A stretch of 64,000 nucleotides of DNA from Octopus sinensis (lineage: Eukaryota): NCBI RefSeq assembly GCF_006345805.1, contig NC_043013.1, positions 52,948,001 through 53,012,000 of the forward strand. Direction: 5' to 3'. The translations under genes and the position numbers were made by a program. The notes under the pieces are model-generated. The model ran no database searches and was not told the origin of the DNA. It saw only the letters and a program-made list of their open reading frames with translations. Positions 27,513-40,794 of this stretch are shown piece after piece. The stretch's first letter is position 1. Each line of letters starts with the position of its first letter.

Positions 27513-27592
27513 CTATCCAAGGCCGGTTATAGGCAGAAGGTAATTTATATTGATCCGGCCCTTCCGATGCCATCATTCGGTCATCAGGATAG
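27513..27592 (-). ncRNA. Type I hammerhead-like fold with long stem III, variant core
   Basis: Minus: CTATC-CTGATGA-C-CGAATG atgg CATCG-GAA-GGGCCGG..CCGGCCT-T-G-GATAG; stem I CTATC/GATAG, stem III GGCCGG/CCGGCC; position 15.1 is G instead of A. Confidence 0.5.
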
Positions 27593-27599
27593 CCGTATA

Positions 27600-29545
27600 T
27601 AATAACATTAACATTTTAATAACGACTGAGCGCGGCGGATGCCGGGTAATCGCTCCCGCATTTAATTTAGCGAACAGGATAATATCGGTCCGGGAGGTCT
27701 TACCTAACCCAGACCCGTTATTCATCCGAGAAATCACCCACCGAATGCGAGAGCTGGCGTCCCGACCCATCACACTGATAGGAATAAGCATATATAGGTT
27801 TGTAATCCCCTTTGGTAAGCAGATTAGAACTAACCTCCCCCTCATGTTTAGAAAAGCCATCTGCCAATAACTTCCCCAGAAATTCCAAATATTACTCCAC
27901 GGTTAACTCACATAAAGTTAGGATAGCTTTCTCCAACACGTAAAAACCTCGCCCAGATAATCGCCTCCGCATAATAATAGGCTACTACTAAAGACCCTAT
28001 CACATTTTTTCCGGAGGCACAGCCTCTTCCGCTCCCGTTTTAATGCTCAGTAGGAATAATATAGTAGTATAATGATATGAGAGCCAGTACAGTGGCACAT
28101 ATCTCAGCTCCACCAGAGAGTACCCACTAGGGGTATAGTTATAAAAGGGGTGTTGTGGTTGACGGTAACATAGGGAGTAGGGTAGAGAGCCCCCATTAGC
28201 ATCCCCAGCATCATTTCCCGCAATAGCAGTACCACGGGCAGTAGCAATGACAGCACTCTGATAGATGAGTGGAGAATCAGGGGTTATTCCTATAGTTAAT
28301 AGTGACGTAGTGGAAAATAGAGTAGTAAGCGGCTGCAGGTCTCGGAACGAATATAGTGACAGGAACGCAGTTCTAATTTCAGAAACCAATCCTAGCAGAG
28401 TAAGATTACGTCGGCGAACTCCAAGATCAAAAACGCCGTCTACCAATGCAAGGTTTACACGGACTCAGATGCCTTCACTTATGTAGGGCATCATCCTCAA
28501 GTTGTCTTTGCGTGTCTCCAACCATACGCAACTTTTCGGACGTGAACAGGCGCCAGACCATGGACTCAGTAAGGCTAATATGGCGACTGAAGGATGCGAA
28601 CTTAAGCTATAGGCTGGAATGGTCAATTTTGTCGGTGGCCCTCCCATTTGATAGGTGGCAGAAGACAGTGCAACCTTTGTGTCTCCGAACTCTTCCATAT
28701 TTTGTTTGCCAGAGGCCGGATGGTAAACGGGCTCTTACAGTCGGCTTTTCGATGCCCCCATGGCGGCGTTACACTTATCTGGCCTTTAAAAGCGTTTATA
28801 AATAATACCGGCACCCATAGCCCTTGGTAACAAATTCTGAAATAGCCTTTAGATATCTACGATTAACCACTGCAAGGAAATTACTCTCCTGTAAGACAAA
28901 CGGGGCTTGGTTTTTAACAGCGGGGGGTTTCCTTGTCTAGGCAGGCTTAGATGAACACACCCACACACAACACATAAAACATAATTATATAATATAAATT
29001 TTTTTTATTTTTTTCTTTCTGCCACCCAACGGTTATCACGGCAGTAGCCACTGACAGCCGAACGATCAAACGCACACACGTACACAAAAAATGTTTTCTA
29101 AATACCCCTACGCCAACACACACATATAGAACAGTATACACACACACACGTCTCTAAGTAGATTTTTTCTCGCCCCTTATAAAACATCCAATATTCTTTA
29201 AATAGTCAGAACTTTATTCTCGGTCACAAAGAACATCTATACACCCCACCCACATGATTGACCGATGCCTGACCCGTTGAATTCTTCAGCCACCGGTTCT
29301 CAACATACACTGATAAACAGTTTCGCCCATGGGCTCTTAGGAGCACAGTTCGATTTTTTTTTGCTCCGCCTCTGTTCTGTTTTTGTTTTTCCAACGGATT
29401 CCTTTTTTCTTCCTGAAGAGAGACACATATGGTCCCATTATTCAATCGGATTTTGGTAATTTGTGCCTTTCGAAACACGTGTAGAATGAAATAGAACGAT
29501 TTCTGTTCAATCTGCGTTCAGCTCCATTTCTTCAATTCACCAATA
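27600..29545 (+). mobile_element. 5'-truncated Penelope-type element: RT thumb/linker, GIY-YIG endonuclease and 3' UTR/pLTR (frameshifted)
   Basis: Plus peptides IYRFVIPFGKQIRTNLPLMFRKAIC, FPRNSKYYSTVNSHKVRIAFSNT, NLAQIIAS, IKNAVYQCKVYTDSDAFTYVG (28426-28488), IWRLKDANLSYRLEWSIL, CNLCVSELFHI..CPH match the Penelope C-terminal pattern; HHR in the 3' region; (TA)n on both flanks. Confidence 0.85.
29405..29491 (+). ncRNA. Type I hammerhead ribozyme with intact catalytic core
   Basis: Stem I TTTTCTTC/GAATGAAA; C3-A9 CTGAAGA 29413-29419; G10.1(29420)-C11.1(29471) closing an extended stem II (GAGA-CACA/TGTG-CC-TTTC); GAAA 29472-29475; stem III AC-acgt-GT inside palindrome ACACGTGT; GUA, predicted cut after 29483. 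Confidence 0.85.
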
Positions 29546-29571
29546 ATATATATATAATATATATCTATATA

Positions 29572-30614
<1,043 letters not shown>

Positions 30615-30723
30615 TTAATAATTTTTTACGCTAGGCCACTTGGTGTTTTAAATTGATGTTATTAATTAATATTCAATTTTTTCACCCTTATTGTGATTTA
30701 TATATATATAATATATATATATA

Positions 30724-30766
<43 letters not shown>

Positions 30767-30999
30767 GCGTGTTTGCGTGTCTGTGTTTTGTCCCCAAAAC
30801 ATCGCTTGATAACCGATTCTGGTGTGTTTACGTCCCCGTAAATTAGCAGTTCGGCAAAAAAGTGACCGATAAAATAGTACTGGCTTACAAAAAATAAGTC
30901 CTGGGGTCACATGACTGAAACAAGTAAAAGAGTAGGAAAGAGTAAAAAAGAGTAGATATATAGGAGATTTACAAAAAACAAAGGACGAAGACGGAGGTG

Positions 31000-31069
<70 letters not shown>

Positions 31070-31458
31070 GTATATATATGTATATAAATATTTATATATA
31101 TATATATATTATATATATATATATATAGTGAGAATTTACAAAAAACAAAGGATAAAGACGAAGGTGTATATATATATTACTTTCACTCCTACACTGATTA
31201 ACAAACACCAACTCCACCTGAATCCTATATACAGAATCGCCAAACCTCAAACATTCAGATCTGTTTGACAACGAATGTGAAAAAGTTCTCCAGTAAAGTT
31301 AACAAGGAATGTTTTGAAAATTTTCCGGCCCAAGTTAACAAAGCACTTACTAGATCTACGAATTAAAGTATAACATTAATATTACTAATACAATTTTAAA
31401 TAATAAATTAAACTGATCAGAACTACCAGTGAAGTTATTCGCTTCCATTATTCATATA

Positions 31459-32749
31459 CGAGTGACGTTCAATAAGTAATGCCCCTGAACCACTTGCAGT
31501 TGTTTGAGTTAGCTAAAATTTTGCATGTGCAATTATTTATCTCACTATAGATTAAGTGACAAATTACACCTCTGAACTAATTGTAGTTTCTGATTTACAG
31601 GTGTTTGAACTGAGTCAAGTGTGAAATGGTGCCTGTTGAGTGTCGAGCAGTTATCCGGTTTTTGTATTTGAAAGGACGCTCATCACGAGAGACTTTTGAT
31701 CAAATGAAAGTGACTTATGGTGATGAAGCCCCATCATATGACCTTGTAAAACGCTGGCACCGTGAATTCAAACATGGTCGGAACTCTGTGGAAACAGCTC
31801 CCAGATCTGGTCGCCCCCTTCTGCCATTGATGAGGCATATATCCGTCAAGTTGAGGATACCATTTTGGAAGATCGATGCATAACTATTCGCCAAATAGCC
31901 CATGAGGTCAAGATTAGTACCGGGTCTGTGGAAACTATCATTCATGACCATTTGTATATGCAAAAGGTGTCTGCCAGATGGATTCCCAGGTTGCTCACAC
32001 TTTTCCAGAAGCAAGAACGCGTCAGGTGCTCGGGGATGAATTTGGAGATGTGCCAAGAAGATGAATCAAAATCTTTCAAAAGACTGATTACACAGGATGA
32101 AACCTGGGTTCATCACAATGATCCAGATAACAAAGCCCAGTCAATGCAGTGGAAACACCGTGACTCACCTCCTCCAAAGAAAGCAAGGGTGCAGCCCTCT
32201 GCTGGCAAGGTCATGGTCACAGTCTTCTGGGACCAGGACAGAGAAGTGATGACAGATTTCCTGGCAAAGGATACCACAATTACAGAAGCCTACTATGCTT
32301 CACTTTTGGGGAAATTAAGAGAAGCTATGAAAATCAAGAGGCGGGGCAAGATCAGCGAAGGCATCCTCCTCCTGCAGGACAACGCTCCGGTCCACAACTC
32401 GCGTATCACCAGATCAGAAGCACAGACATGCAGCTATGAAGTCCTCCCCCACCCCCTACTCTCCTGATATTGCACCCTCTGATTTTCACCTCTTCCCAGC
32501 CATGAAGTTGTTTTTGAACGGAAAGCGTTTCCCAGATGATGCAGCCTTTATTTCTGAAGTCATGTCGTAGTTGGAGGACCAAGCTGGGGGTCTTCCACAA
32601 AAACGGTCTCCAGAGCTGCATCGAACAATGGGAGAAATGAGTAACTCTGGGTGGTTCCTATGTAGAAAAAGACTAATAACTGTGCCAAGTTTCGCTGCTC
32701 TGCTGCTATGGGAAGTGGGCCAGGGGAATTACTTATTGAACGCCCCTCG
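31459..32749 (+). mobile_element. Full-length mariner (irritans-like), ~1291 bp, defective transposase
   Basis: TIRs CGAGTGACGTTCAATAAGTAATGCCCCTG / CAGGGGAATTACTTATTGAACGCCCCTCG with TA at 31457-58 and 32750-51; WIPRLL, DETW, SAGKVM, QDNA, (Y)SPDIAPSDF; frameshifts near 31820 and 32460, stop near 32568. Confidence 0.95.
31626..32680 (+). pseudogene. Mariner D,D34D transposase pseudogene
   Basis: ORF pieces 31626-31883, 31865-32467 and a downstream frame; HTH N-terminus and catalytic motifs present. Confidence 0.9.
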
Positions 32750-32759
32750 TATATATATA

Positions 32760-32972
32760 GATAGGACGCCATGATATATCGTTAGCTCCAACACGAATTT
32801 TTCTCTCCTTGTTTCTCTCCTTGTTTTTTTCTGTGTATCTTTCTATCGAATAGTGTAGGCTGGAAACGTAAAAGACTTGTTCTATTTCTATTCCTGAGCG
32901 CCATACTAATACATTTGTTTGTTTGTACTCCACCTGCCTTCGTCTTTTGTTTATGTTCGTAAACCTTCGCGG

Positions 32973-32975
<3 letters not shown>
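32760..32975 (+). mobile_element. Family P1 pLTR-like element with decayed HHR motif (32838-32876)
   Basis: TCTTT-CTATCGA-ATAGTGTAGGCTG-GAAACGTA-AAAGAC; collinear with the reverse complement of 12030-12240. Confidence 0.65.
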
Positions 32976-33010
<35 letters not shown>

Positions 33011-33014
33011 ATAT

Positions 33015-33073
<59 letters not shown>

Positions 33074-33117
33074 GTATATATATATATATACATATATATA
33101 TGCATATATATACATGC

Positions 33118-33191
<74 letters not shown>

Positions 33192-33334
33192 TTATATATA
33201 CACATAGATAGATAGATAGTTAGATAGATAGATAGATAGATACATACATACATACATATATATATATATATAGATATATATATATATACATATATATATG
33301 CATATATATACATACATACATACATACATACAAG

Positions 33335-33845
33335 GTGGCTGCCTCCTCGTTATCGAGTATGGTCATTGCACGAAGCTTAATCAATGTTGTTATCGTGCAA
33401 TGCCTGTGCAAGAAGATCTTTTTAAAGTGCGGAAAGGCTCTGCACTGAGTCAATCCCACTCACTAAGCAACAGCAACCATTATCCGAAAAGAAGAACATG
33501 TCAACATCATCGGTAACCACTGACTTGCAAGTTTTATGTCGGAGTTATCCCAGTTACCTGTATTGCCTTCTCCTAAAGGATGCCCTAACAAAGAGTCGGA
33601 GTCCTTCACTCCCAATGGTTTAACCGCGCGATCAGGTATTCAGTCCTATTATTTCTATGTCCCTGCGCATGATACAGCCTTAAGACATTTATTGGATGGC
33701 CGTTAACTCTCAAGAATTCCTCCGCCCTTTGACAGGTTTTCTTTTTCCTCCCACTTGGTGGGGTTGCCGGTTTAGTCGCCGACGACCCGACCACGCAATA
33801 GGTTGTACTGTGTTACATGTTACCAGTAGCACTCGAAAGTGACCT
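33335..33845 (-). mobile_element. Unclassified repeat, possibly RTE-type LINE non-coding end
   Basis: Higher-GC island between microsatellites; minus GGGCATCCTTTAGGAGAAGG and CGGCAACCCCACC resemble RTE 5' UTRs (recall only); no protein motif. Confidence 0.3.
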
Positions 33846-33930
33846 GACATATACATACATACATACATACATACATACATACATACATACATGCATGCAT
33901 GAATACATAAATACATATAAATGCATAATT

Positions 33931-34070
33931 GGCTGTGTGGTAAGATCATATGGTTCCGGGTTCAGTCCCACTGCATGGCACCCTGGGCAAGTATCCTATA
34001 GCCTCGGGCGACCAAAGCCTTGTGAGTGGAATTGGTAGACGGAAACTGAAAGAAGTCCGTTGTACGTTTC
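33931..34070 (+). mobile_element. SINE S2 5' half
   Basis: GGCTGTGTGGTAAG..GGTTCAGTCCCACTGC..GGAAACTGAAAGAAG. Confidence 0.85.
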
Positions 34071-34158
34071 GTGACGTCCTGTCCCCACATATGCATATAT
34101 ATACGTATAATGTATGTACATATATGCATGTATATATGTGTATATATATACACACACA

Positions 34159-34215
<57 letters not shown>

Positions 34216-34279
34216 GTATGTATATGTATAAGTATATGTATATGTGTGCACGTGTACATATACATATAATATTCTTGTG

Positions 34280-34660
34280 TTCTTTCATTTTGTTACTTGT
34301 TTCAGAAATGTGACTGCAGCCAAGCTGGAGCACTACCTTCAGGAGTTTTAGTCGAAGAAATCGACCCCAAGACTTATTCATTGTTGAACCGCTATGTTAC
34401 GGGGATGTAATCACACCAACACCTGTTCTCAAGCGATGCTGGAGACGACACAGACACAAGCACACAAATATATGTGTTTATATATATATATATATATATA
34501 CGACGGGCTTGTTTCGGTTTCCGTCTACCAAATCCACTCACAAGGCTTAGGTCGACCGGAGGCTATAGTAGTTGACACTTGCTCAAGATACCACGCAGTG
34601 AGACTGAAATCAGAACCTTGTGTTTGGAGAACAAGCTTCTTTCCATACACTTATGCCTGT
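34280..34660 (-). mobile_element. SINE S2, diverged full copy
   Basis: Collinear with the reverse complement of 46750-47172. Confidence 0.85.
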
Positions 34661-34739
34661 GTGTATATATACTGTTGTATCTGGAGTGATTGACACCCCT
34701 GGGGATTGGAAGAATGGACTAGCCGAACTCTTATAACGA

Positions 34740-35502
34740 ATAGCGAGGAGAGGGGACAGAAGCACTGATATGCGCAGCTCAAGAACAAGCGTTAAGGACC
34801 AACTATGTGAAGTGCAGAATAGACAACACACGACACCGACAAATGCAGAATGTGTGCTGAGAAGAGTGAAGTAGTATGGCACATCGTTAGTGAATGCCCG
34901 CAATTTGCTCAACGTGAATACAAAAGACGCCTTGACAATGTGGCAAGAATGAACCACTGGGAGCTCTGTGGATAAAACGACATACAAAGAGCAAAGACGT
35001 GTTATTAACAAACCCCAGAAGCGGTCACCGAAAATGAGAATTGCAAAGTCCTCTGGGATGCAATGATCCATGTGATCACCCGACCAGATATCGGAAACTG
35101 GACGTTGTTGTGGTGAATAATAAAAGAAAGAACATGTATGATAATCGGCATAGGATGCCCCGGTGACAACAGGATCAATGTGAAAGAAGAAGAAAGAATA
35201 AACAACTCTTACGATTTGAAGTGGGAAATAAGAAGGTTGTGTTCAATGAAGAGAGTAGACGTGATTCCAATAGTAATTGGTGCACTTGGAAGTATCAGCA
35301 CTCAACTACCAGCATGGCTGAAAATGTTTGGTGGAAGTGTGGAGATAGAACACCTACAAAAGTCAGCATTGCTTGGAACTGCAGGAATTTTTACAGGGTT
35401 CTTGAAGCATGACCTGTAAACAAGTGTCACCTTAGTCTGCTAGCTGTGGACAGTTGACACTTCCCATCATACACAGCAAAATAAACTGTGAGATTTCATC
35501 AC
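34740..35502 (+). mobile_element. R4/Dong-clade RLE non-LTR 3' fragment (copy A)
   Basis: TEALICAAQEQALRTNYVK, CRMC..WHIVSEC zinc knuckle, KVLWDAMI, CPGD..KEEER, IPIVIGALG, EHLQKSALLGTA; followed by (TAA)n. Confidence 0.9.
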
Positions 35503-35609
35503 ATAATAATAATAATAATAATATAATAATAATAATAATATAATAAAATAATAATAATAATAATAATATAATATAATATAATAATAATAAAATAATAATA
35601 ATAATAATA

Positions 35610-35655
<46 letters not shown>

Positions 35656-35674
35656 CGATGATGATACTGACAGG

Positions 35675-36864
35675 ATCTAGGATGCATCACCCAAAATCTG
35701 ACATAGAAAGACTATATATACAACGTATAGAGGCCTTATACAGTTGGAAAACTACTATAAAATAACCACCATAGGACTGCAAAAATACCTACTTCAGAAG
35801 GAAGGAAAACTGATCCAGATAGCAGCAAAACACGAGCAAAACAAAAAACTGTTCTCAGTATTTAAGGAAGCTGATAAATACAAATAAGAAATCATACCAC
35901 CTAATAAACACAAAGAAGAAGAAGATGATGAAGAAACAACAAAAGCTATAAAAAAAATGAAATCCAAACTAAAAATAGAACAGCAACGAGCCATGATAAA
36001 ACGATGGCACGAAAAGCCCCTTCATGGTAAATACTGCACTAAACTAAACGCAAAAGAAATAGACAAAGAAAAATCCCAGCAATGGTTGAGAAGCTCAGGA
36101 CTCAAAGCAGAAACAGAGGGATTTTAATTGCAGCACAAGACCAAAGCCTCCCCACCAGAAATTACCAAAAACATGTAATGAAAAGAAATATTACAAGTAA
36201 CTGCAGATTATGTGGAGATGGACAAGAAACAATAAATCATATTATCTCTAGCTGCCCAGTCCTGGCTAAGAAGGAATATATTCACAGACATGACAGAGTT
36301 GGAACCTACATACATTGGAAGCTATGCCAACATTATGGAATAACAACAGAAAAACGATGGTATAGGCACACACCAGAAAAGGTCACAGAAAACGAGAAAG
36401 CAACCATACTCTGGGATATGCCGATACACACAGATAGAGAAATTAAGGCCAACAGACCAGATATAGTTGTCAGAGATCATGAAGAAAAAAATGCTTTCTA
36501 ATTGATGTATCAATACCGGCAGATGACAACGTGTCTCTAAAAGAAATGGAGAAACTCTCAAAATACAAAGACCTGGAAATAGAGGTAACTAGAATGTGGA
36601 ACCTGAAAACAGAACAATTCCTATCATAGTAGGTGCATTAGGCATGATAAAAAAAATATTCAGACAAATACATAACAAAAACACCAGGACTTACAAACAC
36701 ATATAACATACAGAAAATTTCACAACTAGGCACTGCACACATCCTACGCAGAACACTTTCCATACAATAACCATCAGAGCATCACAACAAATCACAGCAC
36801 ATACCCAAGGCACACAGAGCTGCGCTCGGTAGTGAAGTGAAAGCACGCTATAAAAATAAAACTA

Positions 36865-36867
<3 letters not shown>
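35675..36867 (+). mobile_element. R4/Dong-clade RLE non-LTR 3' fragment (copy B)
   Basis: RMHHPKSDIERLY, WHEKPLHGKY, CRLCGDGQETINHIISSC, HRHDRV, ILWDMPIHTDREIKANRPDIVV, KLSKYKDLEIE, LGTAHILRR; AATAAA near 36856 then (AAT)n. Confidence 0.92.
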
Positions 36868-36936
<69 letters not shown>

Positions 36937-39605
36937 CAAACAAAAGGTATCTGCCAAAGCTGCCCGCATAGCGAGGTATGAAAAGTGTGTTAGATTTCTC
37001 AAATACAACAACATGTTCAAAAATAACACCAAGAATTTTTACAGGAAGATAGGAAAAACAGCGTTTACTGCAAGGTCTGTACCATGAAAAGAAGAAGTGC
37101 AGGGATTTTGGAATAAAATCTGGGCAGAAGACAAAACACACAACGAAAAGGCCCCCTGGATTGACAGAATATCTACAGAACTGGACCCCTTAGGATAGCA
37201 AAAGTGGGAGGGTGTCAAGGTAGAGGATATAAGATCTGCTCTCAGGAAGTCAAGCAAATGGAAGTCTCCAGGAAAGTCTCCCATGGAAGTCTCCCATAAC
37301 CTGCTTAACAACTATGTACAAAACGCTAACATCTGTCCTGACGGAATATACCTATAGTTTTTTAACAGACAACAGCATATTCCCTAATGAACAGAAAGGA
37401 TGTAAACGTGGATCCTACGGCTGTAAAGACCAACTACTCATCAATAAGATGATCTTAGAAGATTGTCACAAACGACACAAAAACTTATCAATAGCCTCGA
37501 TAGACTATAAAAAGGCTTTTGATAGCCTACCACATAGCTGGATTAGGAAATGCCTGGAAATGTATAAGATAGCACCTACTCTGCGAAACTTCTTGACTGT
37601 AAGTATGAGATCATGGAGAACCACACTAACTCTGAACAGTGACAATGAATCCCTAAATGCTGGTGATGTAAAAATTTCGTGTGGCATTTTCCAGGGTGAC
37701 TCACTGTCACCTCTCCTCTTTTGTTTATCCTTAATACCTCTCTCAAAGCTGCTCAATGATGCGTAGTACGGGTATAAAATGTTTGATAAAAATATAAATC
37801 ATCTCATTTACGTGGATGATTTAAAGCTTTTTGCAAAAAATGACCAACAACTCAAGGGCTTGCTAGGGATAGTCAAACAATTCAGTGACGACATCAGAAT
37901 GCAATTCGGCCTCGATAAATGTGCAAAAGCTACCTTTATCAAAGGAAAATTGACAGAAATATCTAACGTTAACCTTGACCAGCAGAATGCCATAAAAGAA
38001 CTAGACCCAGCGGAGAGCTACAAGTACCTAGGGGTAATTGAAGGGAACGGAATAAGGCATTCAGAGATGAAGGAAAGGATCAGGAGAGAATGCTATCGAA
38101 GAGTGAGAGCAATACTCAAGACAGAGCTCAAGAATGCAAGAAAGAGGATCGAAGCGATCAATGCATTAGCTATACAAGTCGTGACTTACAGTTTCAATAT
38201 TGTTAACTGGTCAATTACTGAAATATGTCAGTTCGACAGAAAAATAAGGAAACCGTTGACAATGCATAGAATGCACCACCCTAAGGCAGATACAGAACGA
38301 CTCTATCTGCCAAGAAAAGAGGGAGGCCATGGTCTTTTACAATTGGCAATAACAATGAAGATTGCTACAATTGGCCTAGACACCTACCTGAAAAACTCTG
38401 AGGACTGGATGTTAAAACTTGTCTCAAAACATGAAAACAAGAAAGCATCATACTCAGTCACAAAACAGGCAACGGAATATCTAAGTGAATTCCGAATACA
38501 ACCAATTTCGGAATTAGAGATAGACATACAAGAAACAAGCACAGAAAAAGCTAAGCGCATGAAAACCCGTGCCAAAACTGCGGCCTTAGTTATTCTGAAT
38601 AATAAATGGCAAGAAAAACCTCTCTATGGCAAATACCCAAAGAGAGGGAATAATGCAGATATTAACAAAGCCCTGACCCATCAATGGCTAATGGCCTCTG
38701 GCTTAAAATCTGAAACAGAGTGGTTTATCATAGGAGCTCAAGATCAATGCCTACCAACAAGAAACTACCAGGCCAAAATATTAAAGAACGGCAGTAGCCC
38801 AACATGTCGTGTATGCCGACAACAAGATGAAACCATTGATCATGTTGTCTCCAAATGCAGTCTTCTAGCGCCTACAGAGTACCTCAACAGGCATGATAGA
38901 GCTGCACAATATATTCACTGGGTAATTTGCAAAAACCTGGATTTGCCCCATGAAAAAAACTGGTGGGAACACAATCCACCTCCAGTGCTTGAAAATGACC
39001 ACATCTCACTCCTCTGGAACTTCACCATTCAAACTGACAGGAAGACAGATGCAAATAGGCCAGACATCATATTGAAAGACTTCAGACAAAGAACATGCCT
39101 CCTCATTGATATGACTGTCCAATCGATATAAACGTATCTGTCAAGACCTACCAAAAATTGAGCAAATATAAAGATCTTGAAATAGAAATCAGCAAAATGT
39201 GGAAGCTGAAGACTAAAACAATACCTGTTGTCATAGGTGCCCTGGGAATGATAGCGAAAGGTACTAATTGCTACCTAACTCAGATACCAGGAAACCCCAA
39301 AATGGCAGAAATTCAAAAGATAGTGCTCATGGGAACTGCTCATATCCTACGCAAAATACTCTCTATGTAATCCCAAGGTTTAAAACAAACTTTTTAAAAA
39401 TTAATTTATTTATTTATTTTATTTTATTTTATTTTTTTATTTTTATTTTTTTTTAAATTTTATTTTTATGTATTAGACATTCACTAGTACAACACAAAAA
39501 AAAAGCCCAAATATATGGCACAGAACTTCCAACCTGTTGTCTCTTGAGGTCTCTGGGTGAGACTTGGAGCCAACTTGTACAGACATAAAGCAAAAGTCAA
39601 ACATA

Positions 39606-39606
<1 letters not shown>
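36937..39606 (+). mobile_element. R4/Dong-clade non-LTR retrotransposon, RT and RLE (copy C), 5'-truncated, defective
   Basis: KWKSPG, PITCL, EQKGCKRGSYGCKDQL, IDYKKAFDS, GIFQGDSLSPLLF, YVDDLK, YKYLG, CRVC..DHVVSKC, RPDIIL, SKYKDL; in-frame TAG 37764-66, frameshift ~39120, internal deletion ~37275; bounded by (AAT)n on both sides. Confidence 0.95.
37290..39370 (+). pseudogene. Reverse transcriptase / restriction-like endonuclease ORF of copy C
   Basis: ORFs 37314-37766 and 37779-39131 share a frame (one stop between them); 39158-39370 gives the C-terminus. Confidence 0.92.
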
Positions 39607-39655
<49 letters not shown>

Positions 39656-39671
39656 TAATAATAATAATAAT

Positions 39672-40642
39672 AATTTCAGAATTAGACATACAAGAAACAA
39701 GCACAGAAAAAGCTAAACGCATGAAAACCCGTGCTAAAACTGCTGGCTTAGATATTCTCAATGGCAAATAACCAAAGAGAGCGAATAATGCAGATGTTGA
39801 CAAAGCCCTGACCCATCAATGGCTAATTGCCTGTGGCTTAAAATCTGAAACGGAAGGAACTACCAGGCCAACATATTAAAGAACGTCAGTAGCCCAACAT
39901 GTCGTGTATATCAACAACAAAATGAAACCATTGATCATGTTGTCTCCAAGTGCAGTCTTCTTGTGCCTACAGAGTACCTCAACAGGCATGATAGAGCTGC
40001 ACAATATATTCACTGAGTAATTTGCAAAAGCCTGGACTTGCCGCATGAAAAAAACTGGTGGGAACACAATCCACCTCCAGTGCTTGAAAATGACCACATC
40101 TCACTCCTCTGGAACTTCCCCATTCAAACTGACAGAAAGATAGATGCAAATAGGCCAGACATCATATTGAAAGACTTCAAACAAAGAACATGCCTCCTCA
40201 TTGATATGACTGTCCCAATCGATATAAATGTATCTATCAAGACCTACCAGAAACTGAGGAATAGAAATCAGCAAAATGTGGAACCTGAAGACTAAAACAA
40301 TACCTGTTGTCATAGGTGCCCTGGGAATGATAGCAAAAGGGGCTGATCGCTAACTAACTCAGATACCAGGAAACCTCAAAATGGCAGAAATTCAAAAGAT
40401 AGTGCTCATGGGAACTGCTCATATCCTAGGCAAAATACTTTCTATGTAATCTCAAGTTTTAAAACAAACATACTTTTCTTTTTCTTTTTTTTGACATTCA
40501 CTAGTACAACACTAAATACAAAACCAAATATATGGCACACTAGGCATAACAACATCCCGAACTTCCAACCTGTTGTCTTATGAGGTCTCTGGGTGAGACT
40601 TGGAGCCAACTTGTACAAATATAAAGCAAAAGTGAAGCATAG
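39672..40642 (+). mobile_element. Second, shorter copy of the copy-C family (copy D), head-to-tail behind C
   Basis: Aligns to ~38505-39606 with several deletions; same 3' end GCAAAAGT(C/G)AA.CATAG then (AAT)n. Confidence 0.93.
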
Positions 40643-40661
40643 AATATTAATAATAATAATG

Positions 40662-40721
<60 letters not shown>

Positions 40722-40794
40722 ATGATGATGATGATGATGTTGATGATGATGATGATGACGATGACGATGATGATGATGATAAGATGATAAACTG

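Noticed and set aside
28000-28446. 148-aa minus-strand ORF and other minus ORFs at 27573-28814
   Set aside because: Antisense shadows of the plus-strand Penelope ORF; an HVRK string in one frame is too weak to call a tyrosine recombinase.
31230-31340. TTNVKKFSSKVNKECF..FP resembling a Penelope linker motif
   Set aside because: Too short and degenerate to support a call.
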